A DNA stretch of 64,000 nt. Origin: an uncultured Rubripirellula sp. GTDB taxonomy: Bacteria; Planctomycetota; Planctomycetia; Pirellulales; Pirellulaceae. The stretch is taken from contig CALKGR010000002.1 of the NCBI GenBank assembly GCA_938085445.1, forward strand, positions 1 through 64,000. The letters are read 5' to 3'. The notes under the pieces are model-generated. The model saw nothing but the letters and a program-made list of their open reading frames with translations, searched no databases and was not told where the DNA came from. Both the position numbers and the translations under genes were made by a program. Of the stretch, positions 48,949 through 59,003 are shown in pieces. Positions within the stretch are counted from its first letter, which is position 1; every line of letters begins with the position of its first letter.

Positions 48949-50540
48949 GATTGCGGGCTGTCACTTTCTGAGACGTTTGACGTCTGCAAGGAATCGTCGG
49001 AATTAGTTGTATCGCTGTCTCTCCCAGGCGTTCTCAAAGGTGCCTTTTCACGCTGGTCAAGAAAATATCTGCGAACCAGGTTTTGCAACCAGGGTTCAAG
49101 CTCAGGATGATGAATGGGTCCCACGGGACCCTTCAAGGTTGTTCGGTCCTGCGCATCAACCGGATCACTCTCTTCAATTTCGGGAGTGATGCGTTGTTGT
49201 GTAATTCGAATGCGTCCTTTGTTGGGCTGTCCATTGACACGATCAGGAATAGGCACCCCTAGCACCAGAGAAGCAACCCCTCGCGATTTTTTCTGCCCAC
49301 TTGGGCCACCACGACCATTTGCGTCGGGATTCGGCCGTGGATTGCCGAAGCCGATTTGCAGGTCACGATTCACGGGCGTCCGCCGATCACGCATGTTGGG
49401 TTGTACACCTCCACGGGATTCCTGCTCCTCCTCCTCATCGTCAACATCATCTTCTTCTTCGACGTTTTCATTTTCGGGCGTGGCGGCCTGACTGGTACTG
49501 GCCCAGTCACTCGGCGCGGCATTGTTGTCAGAGCCTTTTGATGAACCCTGACCCGCACTCGCTCCGGAAGGCTTTTCATCTTCCTCACGTTCTTTCTTTT
49601 CCCGTTCTCGCTCAGGCTTGTTTTTCTTTTTCTTTTTTTTGCGTGGTGTTTGAGTCTCGTCAGATTTGGACGGCTGCCCCGATGCAGACGGTGCCCCTTT
49701 TGCACTCGAGGGGTTGGAAGACTGCTGGCTCTCTCGTGTCTCTCCCTCATTCAGTTTGCCGTCGGATTCTTCTGCGTTATCCGGAATCGCCGCATTCGCG
49801 TCGCCCTGTCGGTTCGCTGCTTGCTGCTTGCGTGGATTACTCAAACGCTCTTTTTGAATCTCGTCCTCAGTTTCCTCGGACGGATTCTCCGTTTGTTCCT
49901 CAGTATCTACATCGATGACACCGGCGGTCTCCTGCAGTACCGGAGCCTGACCAGATATCCCAGCGTCCCCGACCTTTACCGGCCGGGTGAATTGACCGAG
50001 AAAGAAGACCAACGCAATCAGCATCACGCTGCCTGGAATGGCAAACCAGGCCGCTCGACTCTCAGGCTTTCCCGTTTTGGCTCTGTCTAACCTGGCAACG
50101 GTGCCACGCTTGGCCCATTCCGATGCGTCATCCACCGCTGCCTGCATGAACCCATCGGCTATCGGACGACGCATGAATTCGTCCGCAGTCGTAAGACGTT
50201 CTACCGCGCCAATCTGCTTGTCGGCTGCCAATAACGCCCGCTTTCGGTCGACACTCATCTGTAAAGTCGCCGCCTGATAGAGCAACCACGCAACGGGAAC
50301 CGCAGCGGTCAACCCAACCCAGAGCCACAATGGAAAGATCGAGCCGGCCTGAAGTCCACTCAGAAATCGAACTGCCTGCAATAGCAGCCCTCCTGTTGGG
50401 ACAACAAGCAACAGACCGAACGCCACCGGAACCTTCGCTATCATGGCCGACCTCTGATCCGTCGCTTGGATCTGAGTCGATGCGTTCCAGACGACTGTCT
50501 TGATATCTTCTTCAATTTGCTGTGGTTGCGGACTACTCAC
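48945..50540 (-). CDS. Membrane protein with three TM helices and long charged disordered tail (DUF4175-like MoxR-cluster component)
   Basis: TM segments, D..IG..ERLTTA.EF motif, and C-terminal LQNLVRRYF. Overlaps both neighbours by 4 nt. Confidence 0.75.
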   Translation of the reverse strand: MSSPQPQQIEEDIKTVVWNASTQIQATDQRSAMIAKVPVAFGLLLVVPTGGLLLQAVRFLSGLQAGSIFPLWLWVGLTAAVPVAWLLYQAATLQMSVDRKRALLAADKQIGAVERLTTADEFMRRPIADGFMQAAVDDASEWAKRGTVARLDRAKTGKPESRAAWFAIPGSVMLIALVFFLGQFTRPVKVGDAGISGQAPVLQETAGVIDVDTEEQTENPSEETEDEIQKERLSNPRKQQAANRQGDANAAIPDNAEESDGKLNEGETRESQQSSNPSSAKGAPSASGQPSKSDETQTPRKKKKKKNKPEREREKKEREEDEKPSGASAGQGSSKGSDNNAAPSDWASTSQAATPENENVEEEDDVDDEEEEQESRGGVQPNMRDRRTPVNRDLQIGFGNPRPNPDANGRGGPSGQKKSRGVASLVLGVPIPDRVNGQPNKGRIRITQQRITPEIEESDPVDAQDRTTLKGPVGPIHHPELEPWLQNLVRRYFLDQREKAPLRTPGRDSDTTNSDDSLQTSNVSESDSPQS

Positions 50541-52966
50541 TTCACCGTCTCCTTACGTACCAGCTCACATTGACGCGACTGCACAACTTCGCCGGTTTCA
50601 GCATCGCGAACCAACACAATCACCTCAACGCTCTTAGGTTCAATCCGCAGGCCCATTCGTGCGCCCCCTTTGGTTTCGCCTTCTTCAAGCTCTTCGATAA
50701 ACGCTCGATTCTCCTGTTCCAAATCGCCCAGATTCCTCGAGAAACTAAAATCAAGCACCCCCTCGGCATCAGGCAAAAAAGCCACCCCCGAAAGTGAACC
50801 ACGCGTCGCCAACCCTCTAGCAAGCATTCGGTGAATCACTACTCCACTGGATCCATGGAACACAACGCCCCGCTCGGCAACAATCACTTGAATCACCAAT
50901 GGCTTCATGGCCTGGTCCGCGGGCGACCCAATCTCTGGTCCAACAACCCGCACGCTGCCCTTGATTTGGGTCCCATCGAGAACCGCCTGAACCCGCAAAT
51001 CGACCGGGCTGGACTTTGCCAGACGGCTAACGACTGCATTGCGAGTGAGCTTATAGATTTCTTCAGCATCCCGGTGCTTCCCGGCACCCGGCGTGCTAGT
51101 TGTGCCGTCCACCACTTGCACAACTGGACCTCGAACACCAAGCCAACCGGCCATGTGCTGTCCCAGTGGTGTAACCAGCGGCTCGATCCTTGGCACAGGA
51201 AGATGATAGGACAGAAAGACGCATTCACTGTTATTGAAGTGCGAGAGGACCCCCTGATTCCCCAACGCCCCCCCAATCGCACCACCACGGGCTTCGGTGC
51301 CGATATAGGCATTGGTAAAAAACTCAACGACACTTGTACGATTGGTACGCTGGGTGGAATCAACGAGAAATTGATCCGGCGCCGAAAAATTCCGGACGCG
51401 GCCACTGATCATTCGATCAATGGACTCGATTGTCATGCGTTCTTGCGGCGGCAAGTCCTTATCCATTCGAACAAGCGACTCCATCGCCAACTCACTGCTT
51501 TCTTCCTTCACCAGTGCCTGAATGTATCGACTGAAAGCACGCTTGGCTTTTCCATCGGCTTCATAGACTCGCGCCAAATTCAGATTGATCATGCCATCCT
51601 CGGGAAGCCCAAAAGCGGCGGACAACAGATGCCGCCAAGCTTCGCGATTGTCACGGGGTAACAGCAGTTCGCCCAGACGCCCATGAAGCTTGTAATTCGC
51701 CTCAGGGTAACGGTCCTTCCTCGCGCTTTTGACACCTATCTCGCCCGCCGCAATCCCAAGATCAACTTCTCCTTCATTGACCAACTCTTCCATCAAATCA
51801 AATAAGCGGGTCGCACGCAGATCTGCCTTCATTGTGTCGTTGATCCATTGAATTGCAGCAGCGAGCTCATCGGTCTCTGCGCCTTCATCCAGCATCAACG
51901 TCAACAAAAACTCCGCAGCTTCCCGCCCCAGCCGCGTGTCACCATTTTCTTCAAGCCATGCAAGCACCAGATCCCGGTCCTCAGCCACCATCGCCTGAAA
52001 CCATTTCAGGTCCTGTGCTGGAAATTGTGGTGACCGCGCGGCACGCACCGTTGCAAGTAGTGACCGACGATCAATGTGGATCCTGAACTTCTCGAGTAAG
52101 TTGATCCCCATCACACCGGCAACACCATCTGGATGGACCTGCACCACCTCAGTGGGACGGAACGCTACGTGGGGTGAGAAATCAATCGTTGCGCATCTCA
52201 GTGGGCCAACATTGCCAGCCGGACGGCGCAACGAGTTGCACAACCGACGCTCGAGACAAGTGTCGTACCGCGACGATCCAATTGCCAAAGCCCGGCTGAG
52301 CGATTTTCCTTTGTCATCAGTCTGTTCAGCTTCGCCTGCATCCGGCCCGGGCAAACTGACCGGTAACCAGACCAGATCATTCTGCAAGGTGATGGGGGTG
52401 ATGATCTCTCCGTCGCCCTCCACCGGCTGATAACCCGCAAGCTGCCCCGCAGTTGCCAATGTGATCCTATTTTGAGGCAAATCAAAAATGACATCAAAGT
52501 GTTTCAACACGTGAGCACCAATGGCTCCAGTCAATGCGTTTTCACCAATTTCCGTGGAGTGGTATTTCGTGAACTCCTCAAAGTCTTCCTCCGGGCCCAA
52601 CTCCCGTCTGGCCACCTCAAGCGCAAAGTCACTGAAGTGCAGGGTAAGTGCATTGGGCTTTCCGGCTGGCGTCTCGGCAGGAAGAGGAGTTGCCGCACGA
52701 TTGTGAAGTTGCAGGCCATAAGCCCCATCGAAATCCAGCCACAAATTAACGGGCACCCGCAACTTGGGACCAGAGATGTCGCAAGCGACAATCAAACGCC
52801 CGTCAACCACCTTGATCGGAATGACCCCACCGTCATTACTAATGACAGGGGGACGATCGACCGAGTCACTCGATTGTGCCGAAACTGCCACCGGCGCCAG
52901 CAAGCATCCTGCCACCACAAAAAGGCAGGTTTGGAAGCAGTGTATGAATGAATGATTTCGGAGCAT
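50537..52966 (-). CDS. Secreted protein: two degenerate retropepsin-like domains + TPR + Omp28/thioredoxin-like domain
   Basis: GAIGAHVLKHFDVIFDLPQNRI and GVMGINLLEKFRIHID are aspartyl-protease-like C-terminal motifs. VVEFFTN...LSYHLPVP..EPL...VDG...HRMLARG is Omp28-like. Confidence 0.7.
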   Translation of the reverse strand: MLRNHSFIHCFQTCLFVVAGCLLAPVAVSAQSSDSVDRPPVISNDGGVIPIKVVDGRLIVACDISGPKLRVPVNLWLDFDGAYGLQLHNRAATPLPAETPAGKPNALTLHFSDFALEVARRELGPEEDFEEFTKYHSTEIGENALTGAIGAHVLKHFDVIFDLPQNRITLATAGQLAGYQPVEGDGEIITPITLQNDLVWLPVSLPGPDAGEAEQTDDKGKSLSRALAIGSSRYDTCLERRLCNSLRRPAGNVGPLRCATIDFSPHVAFRPTEVVQVHPDGVAGVMGINLLEKFRIHIDRRSLLATVRAARSPQFPAQDLKWFQAMVAEDRDLVLAWLEENGDTRLGREAAEFLLTLMLDEGAETDELAAAIQWINDTMKADLRATRLFDLMEELVNEGEVDLGIAAGEIGVKSARKDRYPEANYKLHGRLGELLLPRDNREAWRHLLSAAFGLPEDGMINLNLARVYEADGKAKRAFSRYIQALVKEESSELAMESLVRMDKDLPPQERMTIESIDRMISGRVRNFSAPDQFLVDSTQRTNRTSVVEFFTNAYIGTEARGGAIGGALGNQGVLSHFNNSECVFLSYHLPVPRIEPLVTPLGQHMAGWLGVRGPVVQVVDGTTSTPGAGKHRDAEEIYKLTRNAVVSRLAKSSPVDLRVQAVLDGTQIKGSVRVVGPEIGSPADQAMKPLVIQVIVAERGVVFHGSSGVVIHRMLARGLATRGSLSGVAFLPDAEGVLDFSFSRNLGDLEQENRAFIEELEEGETKGGARMGLRIEPKSVEVIVLVRDAETGEVVQSRQCELVRKETVK

Positions 52967-53384
52967 TAATCAACCAGGTTTTTAAAACTTATTTTAGCTC
53001 AGGAAGCTCGATCATGCACAAAGAAACGGACAGTTTCCGCAAGCTTGCAGAAGGGATTTCCATGCTGAATGCCGTATCTGTTTACCATGCCTCAGCATCA
53101 GTGTCGCCGGAGTACGGACCACACCGGCAAAACCGTGACTTTCAAAAACAGCTGCTCATCCTCAAACAGCAAACGCGCGTTTCTGATGACCGAGCCTTTT
53201 CGAAAAACCGGTGAATAGAAGCCCCAAGAAAAGGGCCAAAACAGGCCCCACTGCCGCCGGCGGCGTCTCTGACGCCAGCGACACCACTGAACACAAGCAG
53301 ATCATTCAAGTTTACACGCATGCTGCATGGCCCCGGCACGAGACACCAAAGAGCCACGAACAAAGCGTGCATGCTGGCATCGGC

Positions 53385-54563
53385 TCAGTTCTTCGGTTTG
53401 CCCTCAATCTTCCCAAAAGCAAATGTGTCAGAAATCATTTCAACTTTGATTTTCGCGGTGGATGGTACGCTCACGGCGACCGGGTCAAAACCGCGTCCTC
53501 AGCAGGAACCCGGTAGGATTGCCACCTCGAGAACCACTTGAGTTTCTGCGTCTACCACTTTGAATTCGGGTGACTTTCCGATCGGATGCCACCCGGTGTA
53601 CTGCTCACCTGCTTTTCCAAAATACCAAATTGCCTTCGGGGAAAACTGGATTTGGTCACCCACCCTCGCAAACTGAAACTCCGAAGAAATCGGGCCTCCC
53701 CAATCAAACTTTTTGGAACGCTCTGACATCAAATTCAGCGGCTTCATTTTCCCAGCTTTGATTTTCACACGATGCTGACCGAGTCCGACAACTCCGGAGA
53801 CCACAGTGTACTTCCCAGCAGGCACACGAACGGGTCCGTCAACCGCACCGATATCAAACGAGTGCTTTCGGTCCACAGACAAAATGACGGACGAAAGCAG
53901 GACTGCTTTCGAGTTGAATGAGGTGGACATATCGATTTCGGACGTGGGTCCGTTGTACGGGGACAAGGTGAATGTCGCTCCGTCTTCTGCGACGTTCAGT
54001 TGCCGCAACTTGTCACCAACAAACACGGTCGTCGACAGCATCATCGCATGATCTGTATTTCCAACGACCATCGCATCACTGCCAATGTCGTTGAACTTTC
54101 CATTCCCGTCTTGATCGATTAATTTGACTGACACCGGGCCCGCATCTGTCGGGATCAAGCCAACCATTGCCCCACCGGGTGCCCATTCCCAACCATCCGC
54201 ATCATTCCGAAGACGTGCCGCGTAGCGGAAAGCTTTGCCAGAATCATCTGTGCCACTCAAAACAACCCGTGTCGAAGAAACCATGGTCTTTGGATCGACC
54301 AACGCTTTGATGGTGCGATCAAGCTCGCCATCACCGTCAGTATCGACCTTCAAGCTGGTGCCCGAAAATTCAAACGCAAACAGCCCACCCCCGGCATGAG
54401 GGAGCCGTATTCCCTCCTTTACTGGGAACCACTTTTCGGTAGGTAACTTGAGCGACCAGTTTCGATAACTTCGATACTTCAACGCAACTGAGTCTGTATC
54501 TTCTGCTACGCACAGCGGCATCATCGCCGTAAATGCAAGCAGGCCCGCGAGTAGACGCAACAT
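53385..54563 (-). CDS. Secreted beta-rich protein, candidate selenoprotein (in-frame TGA at 53499-53501 in G-S-C-U-G); ends at 53499 if not recoded
   Basis: Signal peptide and Ca-binding-like DTDGDG and DQDGNG loops. The only Cys of the mature chain directly precedes TGA. The frame continues GRGFDPVAVSVPSTAKIKVEMISDTFAFGKIEGKPKN to TGA 53385-53387. Confidence 0.72.
53464..53498 (-). promoter_or_regulatory. Candidate bacterial SECIS hairpin
   Basis: The mRNA 3' of UGA is GGACGCGGUUUUGACCCGGUCGCCGUGAGCGUACC. By-eye fold: CGCGGU/GCCGUG, UUU bulge, GAC/GUC, apical loop starting at +16. Confidence 0.45.
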
Positions 54564-54993
54564 TGAACACTCCATGGCTAGTTGTAATTCGCCTCAAGTT
54601 TAAGCGACTCCTCGTCACCAAGATACTGCGAAACACTTCTATATTTCACCCTTTGAAAAAAAAAGGGGGATCCAATCGCTGAATACCTAAGAACTGCGCC
54701 AAAACTGCATGACATTCATAACGAGCCCGCCCGATTCCCGGCGCTCCCCACAGCCTCGTTCTCCCAAAGTACCAAGCATGAGGATGGACTTGGCATGCCA
54801 GTTACTGACCTCAGGGTCGCCCCAGCCACCGACTACCAGAGTCGGGGATGCCTTCTTGCACCAGATGTCTGCAGAAGCCACGCCAAGCAGTTCACCCGGT
54901 GAATTCAATTGGCAACAAGCTCGGATACCTCAAGCCTGTCACAACCCGAGATCCCGAAAACACACAGCTCCGCAAACGCAGATACTGCGTTCC

Positions 54994-55632
54994 TCAATCA
55001 CCCGATCCATTCACAGCCTCACTGGCAAGCTTGAAGGTCTCGATCATCTCAAGAAACTTCGAGACATCACCGCCTCCGACGCGACTGCTCACCGTTTTTC
55101 CGGCGGGGGAAAAACAGACGAATGTCGGGTATGCCTGAATTCCATTTTTCTTCGCAATCGCTACCTCAATCTCAGAATCAACGTACACAGGCACCATATT
55201 CTTCAGCGCAGCTTTTACCTTATCGTCCGGAAACACCTTAGCAATCATCATCTTGCACGGGGCACACCACGACGCTGAAAACATCACTAACATTGGCCGG
55301 CCCGTTTTTTTCGATTCAGCGATTCCCTTCTCAAAGCCGCTCACCCAGTAATCCGGCAACGAATGCCCCACCTGAGCGCGTTTGGGTTTCACGGTCTCAA
55401 AGACCGTCTGATAGACGTCAATACGTCCTGCAAACTCCCCATCGGAAACCATACCATCACCATTACGATCAACCGCCTTCGCAAATTGCTTGATCAATTC
55501 CAGATCAGCGTTACTAATGCGTCTGGACGAATAGTCAACGAACTCCGCAACCGTCCTCTCCTCGGCAGAAACGAATGACACTAAAACGAAGAAGATAACC
55601 AACGTAGCTGACAAGAGAATGCGAAACGGCAT
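54994..55632 (-). CDS. Secreted thioredoxin-family protein with N-terminal EF-hand
   Basis: FSASWCAPCK active site, cis-Pro motif AYPTF, EF loop DRNGDGMVSDGE, signal peptide from MPFRIL. Confidence 0.88.
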   Translation of the reverse strand: MPFRILLSATLVIFFVLVSFVSAEERTVAEFVDYSSRRISNADLELIKQFAKAVDRNGDGMVSDGEFAGRIDVYQTVFETVKPKRAQVGHSLPDYWVSGFEKGIAESKKTGRPMLVMFSASWCAPCKMMIAKVFPDDKVKAALKNMVPVYVDSEIEVAIAKKNGIQAYPTFVCFSPAGKTVSSRVGGGDVSKFLEMIETFKLASEAVNGSGD

Positions 55633-56067
55633 GACACTCACCTGAGGAACACGAAATGAAACCGCCAGCATAACGCATTACCCTGTTGATGTCCCAGTGT
55701 GTTGGCGGCAGCACAACCACAGGTACTCGTCCCAGCCCAGCACCAAGTTTTTTAAATTGCATAGCATCGATAACCTCCGTCACTCCGCGGCAACCGCGAG
55801 ACACTTCCCACCAGCATCGCGTTACCAGCTTTTGCCGGACCAGCCTCCGACTCAACAAACTGCAGCGTTTGTACTCAAACCACGCTGGGTCAGCGGCCCC
55901 CCTTAATTGTCCTATCGTCGCGATTCGACTCACGCCCCCTTCCCAGCCATCCGACCTGTCAAACCGCAGGGAAACGCGTCTCGCGTTTTCTTCCACTCAC
56001 AAGCTTCTATTATCTGCTGCATTGCAACTGGCAATTAATTTTCAATGGAATAGCGGCAATTCCGTTG

Positions 56068-56460
56068 TTAGACATCAGTATTACGCATGTGATCTGCCGT
56101 CCGCTGAAAGTAGCTGCTCAATGTAGAACGCAACGCAACAGAACCAACCACTTCCTGCAACGCGGTTTCCATGCACAAAACCCATTGGTCCCGCTCGCTC
56201 ACGCCAATCGGGAAAGGCAGATGCCTCGCCCGAAGCCGCGGGTGCCCAAACTCACTGACATACAAACTTGGCCCCCCAAAAAAACCACTCAAGAACTTGT
56301 ACAGTTTGTCAGCCGAACCAGACAGATCTGCTGGGTGCAAGTCACGGATACCCTGCGCCTCCGGCAATCGATCCATTAGTTCATAGAATCGGGCAACCAG
56401 AACACGCAGGCCCTCTTCCCCACCAAGTTGGTCATAAAGCGTCTCTCCCTCACCGTCCAT
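56068..56460 (-). CDS. Group II truncated hemoglobin (trHbO)
   Basis: LYDQLGG, FY..M, FLSGFFGGP.LY, GHPRLRARHLPFPI, DQWV.CM, TADHMRN. Confidence 0.93.
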   Translation of the reverse strand: MDGEGETLYDQLGGEEGLRVLVARFYELMDRLPEAQGIRDLHPADLSGSADKLYKFLSGFFGGPSLYVSEFGHPRLRARHLPFPIGVSERDQWVLCMETALQEVVGSVALRSTLSSYFQRTADHMRNTDV

Positions 56461-56707
56461 TACTTAATCTATCTTCCAATAATGTTCCAAGAAATATCCA
56501 CGGCCTTATGCCGGACAAGGGCGGTAGATCCGATGCCTCGTTGCTGCAAGCCATTATCACACCCCCCTTCGAGTCTTATTACCATAGAACAACTCCCCTA
56601 AACTTGTAACTGTAACGAACACAAAAGCGATCAACTCATCACATTTGACACACCCACTGGGAAACGTTTTCAGACTTCCCGGAAACCTAACCGCACGGAA
56701 CACCGAA

Positions 56708-57682
56708 ATGAAGCTTCATGCTCGGAAAATACTTCTTGTTGTCCTGTCATTCCAAATCACCCCGAAGGTTATGTCTGCGGAGCAGGAAATCTTTACAACA
56801 AAGCCAGAACTAGTGTTGAGTTCAGGCGCCGGTGAAGGTCCTGCGTGGCACCCAAAACTTGGCTTGTTGACCAGTGGAGATGGAAATATCAATCGCTACG
56901 ACTTGTCTGGACAAACGTCGGTGTTTCGGAAAAATGCAGGATCTAATGGTCTTCTATTTGACCGCTTGGGACGATTAATTGTCTGTGAAAATCGCAAGCG
57001 ACGGATCACACGAACTGAAACAGATGGAACCATCACCGTCCTTGCGAATTCTTACAAGGGCAGTAAGTTCAATCAGCCGAATGATCTGACCATTGATTCA
57101 AAAGACCGCATTTACTTTACTGATCCGCAATATGGTGACCGTACTGGAATGGAGATGCGTGATTTGGACGGCAAGTACGTCGAGGGCGTGTATCGAATTG
57201 ATCCGGACGGAGCAGTCACCAGAATCATTACACATCAAGTTGATCGTCCAAATGGACTGATCATCACCCCGGATGATCGTTACCTGTATGTCGCTGAGAA
57301 CAACAACGATCGGGGTGGCAGCCGGAAATTGTGGCGATTCGAAATGGATATTGATGGCTTTGTGAAACCAAGAACTCAAATGCTCATCCATGATTGGGGT
57401 ACCACACGCGGTCCTGACGGAATGAAGCTGGACCAAGCCGGACGCCTTTATGTTGCAGCAGGCCTTAATCGACCGAACCTACCCCAGGAAACTGCAGTCA
57501 AACCTACTGCAGGGATCTATGTCTTCAGTCCGGGCGGAAAGCTCTTGACCTTTGCCGCTATCTCGAAAGATGAAACCACAAACTGCGCCTTCGGTGGACA
57601 CGACGGTAAAAGCCTGTTCATCACGGCCGGTGGAACACTCTGGAAGATCAGAACCAGAAGTCCAGGACTCCGCCTTCAATGA
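56708..57682 (+). CDS. SMP-30/gluconolactonase/LRE family protein
   Basis: EGPAW, SNGL, FNQPNDL, YFTDP, PNGL, PDGM, TNCAFGG. Confidence 0.92.
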   Translation: MKLHARKILLVVLSFQITPKVMSAEQEIFTTKPELVLSSGAGEGPAWHPKLGLLTSGDGNINRYDLSGQTSVFRKNAGSNGLLFDRLGRLIVCENRKRRITRTETDGTITVLANSYKGSKFNQPNDLTIDSKDRIYFTDPQYGDRTGMEMRDLDGKYVEGVYRIDPDGAVTRIITHQVDRPNGLIITPDDRYLYVAENNNDRGGSRKLWRFEMDIDGFVKPRTQMLIHDWGTTRGPDGMKLDQAGRLYVAAGLNRPNLPQETAVKPTAGIYVFSPGGKLLTFAAISKDETTNCAFGGHDGKSLFITAGGTLWKIRTRSPGLRLQ

Positions 57683-57897
57683 TGAGCAACCCGCCACTAT
57701 TCCTGGTTACCAGCTACCTTTTATGCGTGCCAGTCACAGTAAAATTAGCTTAAAAAACGCTGGCAACTTGCCACTCGCAAAACGCCGCAGTTGACACTTT
57801 TCCAGCTGATCCACATTTCTGAGGGGGTTCGCAGAATGCCCTCCAGCCGCGACACTACAGCCAATAAGTCAGAAACTCCCAACCAGTTGTAGACAGT

Positions 57898-58857
57898 ATG
57901 GCTATCCAATGGTTCCCCGGTCACATGCACAAGGCTCGCCTTGAAATGCAGGCCACGCTCCCCAAGGTCGATGTACTGATTGAGGTTCTTGACGCGCGAA
58001 TCCCTTATTCCAGCGAAAACCCAATGCTGGAGGAATTGCGGGGAAACAAGCCTTGCCTGAAAGTTCTTGCAAAAAGTGACTTGGCAGACGAACGTCGAAC
58101 AAGCGAATGGGTGGACTACCTCGATCAGCTTGAAAATGTTCGTGCTCGGGCCGTGAGTACCGAAGACATACCCTCAATTCGCCGCCTTAAGAACGCGGCA
58201 TCCCGTATGGTTCCCCACCGCGAAGGTCGAACTGTCACCGTGATGGTGGCCGGAATTCCCAACGTGGGCAAGTCAACACTGATCAACGTCCTTGCAGGCA
58301 GAAAGATAGCCAAGACTGGGAACACACCAGCTGTCACAAAACATCAACAACGGGTTCCCATCGGGGACAGCGTGACTTTAATGGATACACCAGGAGTGAT
58401 GTGGCCGAACGTAGAAAACCACAACAGCGGATACCGGCTAGCGATCCTTGGTTCAATCAAAGAAACCGCCATGGACTACAGCGACATCGGATTCTTTGCT
58501 GCAAAAATCATGACACGGGACTTTCCCGAGCGGCTTCAAGAACGTTACCAAATCGATGATCTTCCGACCGGCGAGCTAGAGCTCATCGAAGCCATTGGTC
58601 GTAAGCGAGGATGTCTAGGAAAAAACAATACTGTCGACCTTGATCGAGCATCACGGATTCTCGTCACCGAGTTACGCTCGGGAGGACTGGGGCGTCTGAC
58701 CTTGGAAACCCCAGACTCAATGAAGCATGAGAAGAAACGCACCGCTATCGAAGTGGCAGAAAAAGCAGAACGCGCTCGTGAAAAAGACGCAAAGCGGAAG
58801 AAACGTTTTCGCGACAAACAACGCGCGGCTCGCAAAGCACGCGAACACGGAGCGTAA
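57898..58857 (+). CDS. rbgA: Ribosome biogenesis GTPase RbgA/YlqF
   Basis: MAIQWFPGHM, DARIPYSS.NP, G1 GIPNVGKST, G2 PAVTK, G3 DTPG, in circularly permuted order. Confidence 0.95.
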   Translation: MAIQWFPGHMHKARLEMQATLPKVDVLIEVLDARIPYSSENPMLEELRGNKPCLKVLAKSDLADERRTSEWVDYLDQLENVRARAVSTEDIPSIRRLKNAASRMVPHREGRTVTVMVAGIPNVGKSTLINVLAGRKIAKTGNTPAVTKHQQRVPIGDSVTLMDTPGVMWPNVENHNSGYRLAILGSIKETAMDYSDIGFFAAKIMTRDFPERLQERYQIDDLPTGELELIEAIGRKRGCLGKNNTVDLDRASRILVTELRSGGLGRLTLETPDSMKHEKKRTAIEVAEKAERAREKDAKRKKRFRDKQRAARKAREHGA

Positions 58858-59003
58858 GCAGCCCTTGCAACGGTGTAATACTCTCATGTGATCAGAAGCT
58901 TGCCGAAAGTGCCCCTTTCCGCAGGCAACGAATTTACAACAGGAAAAACTGAAACTAGTCTGCCGAGATGGCAATCAGATTCAGGAAGCACGTGGATTTT
59001 TGA

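Noticed and set aside
53142..53372. 76-aa ORF and GC palindromes (gccgccggcggc) between the CU gene and the 809-aa gene
   Set aside because: The ORF has no SD or protein-like features, and the palindromes lack a U-tract.
54709..55278. 189-aa plus-strand ORF
   Set aside because: It overlaps the thioredoxin gene antisense and has non-protein-like composition.
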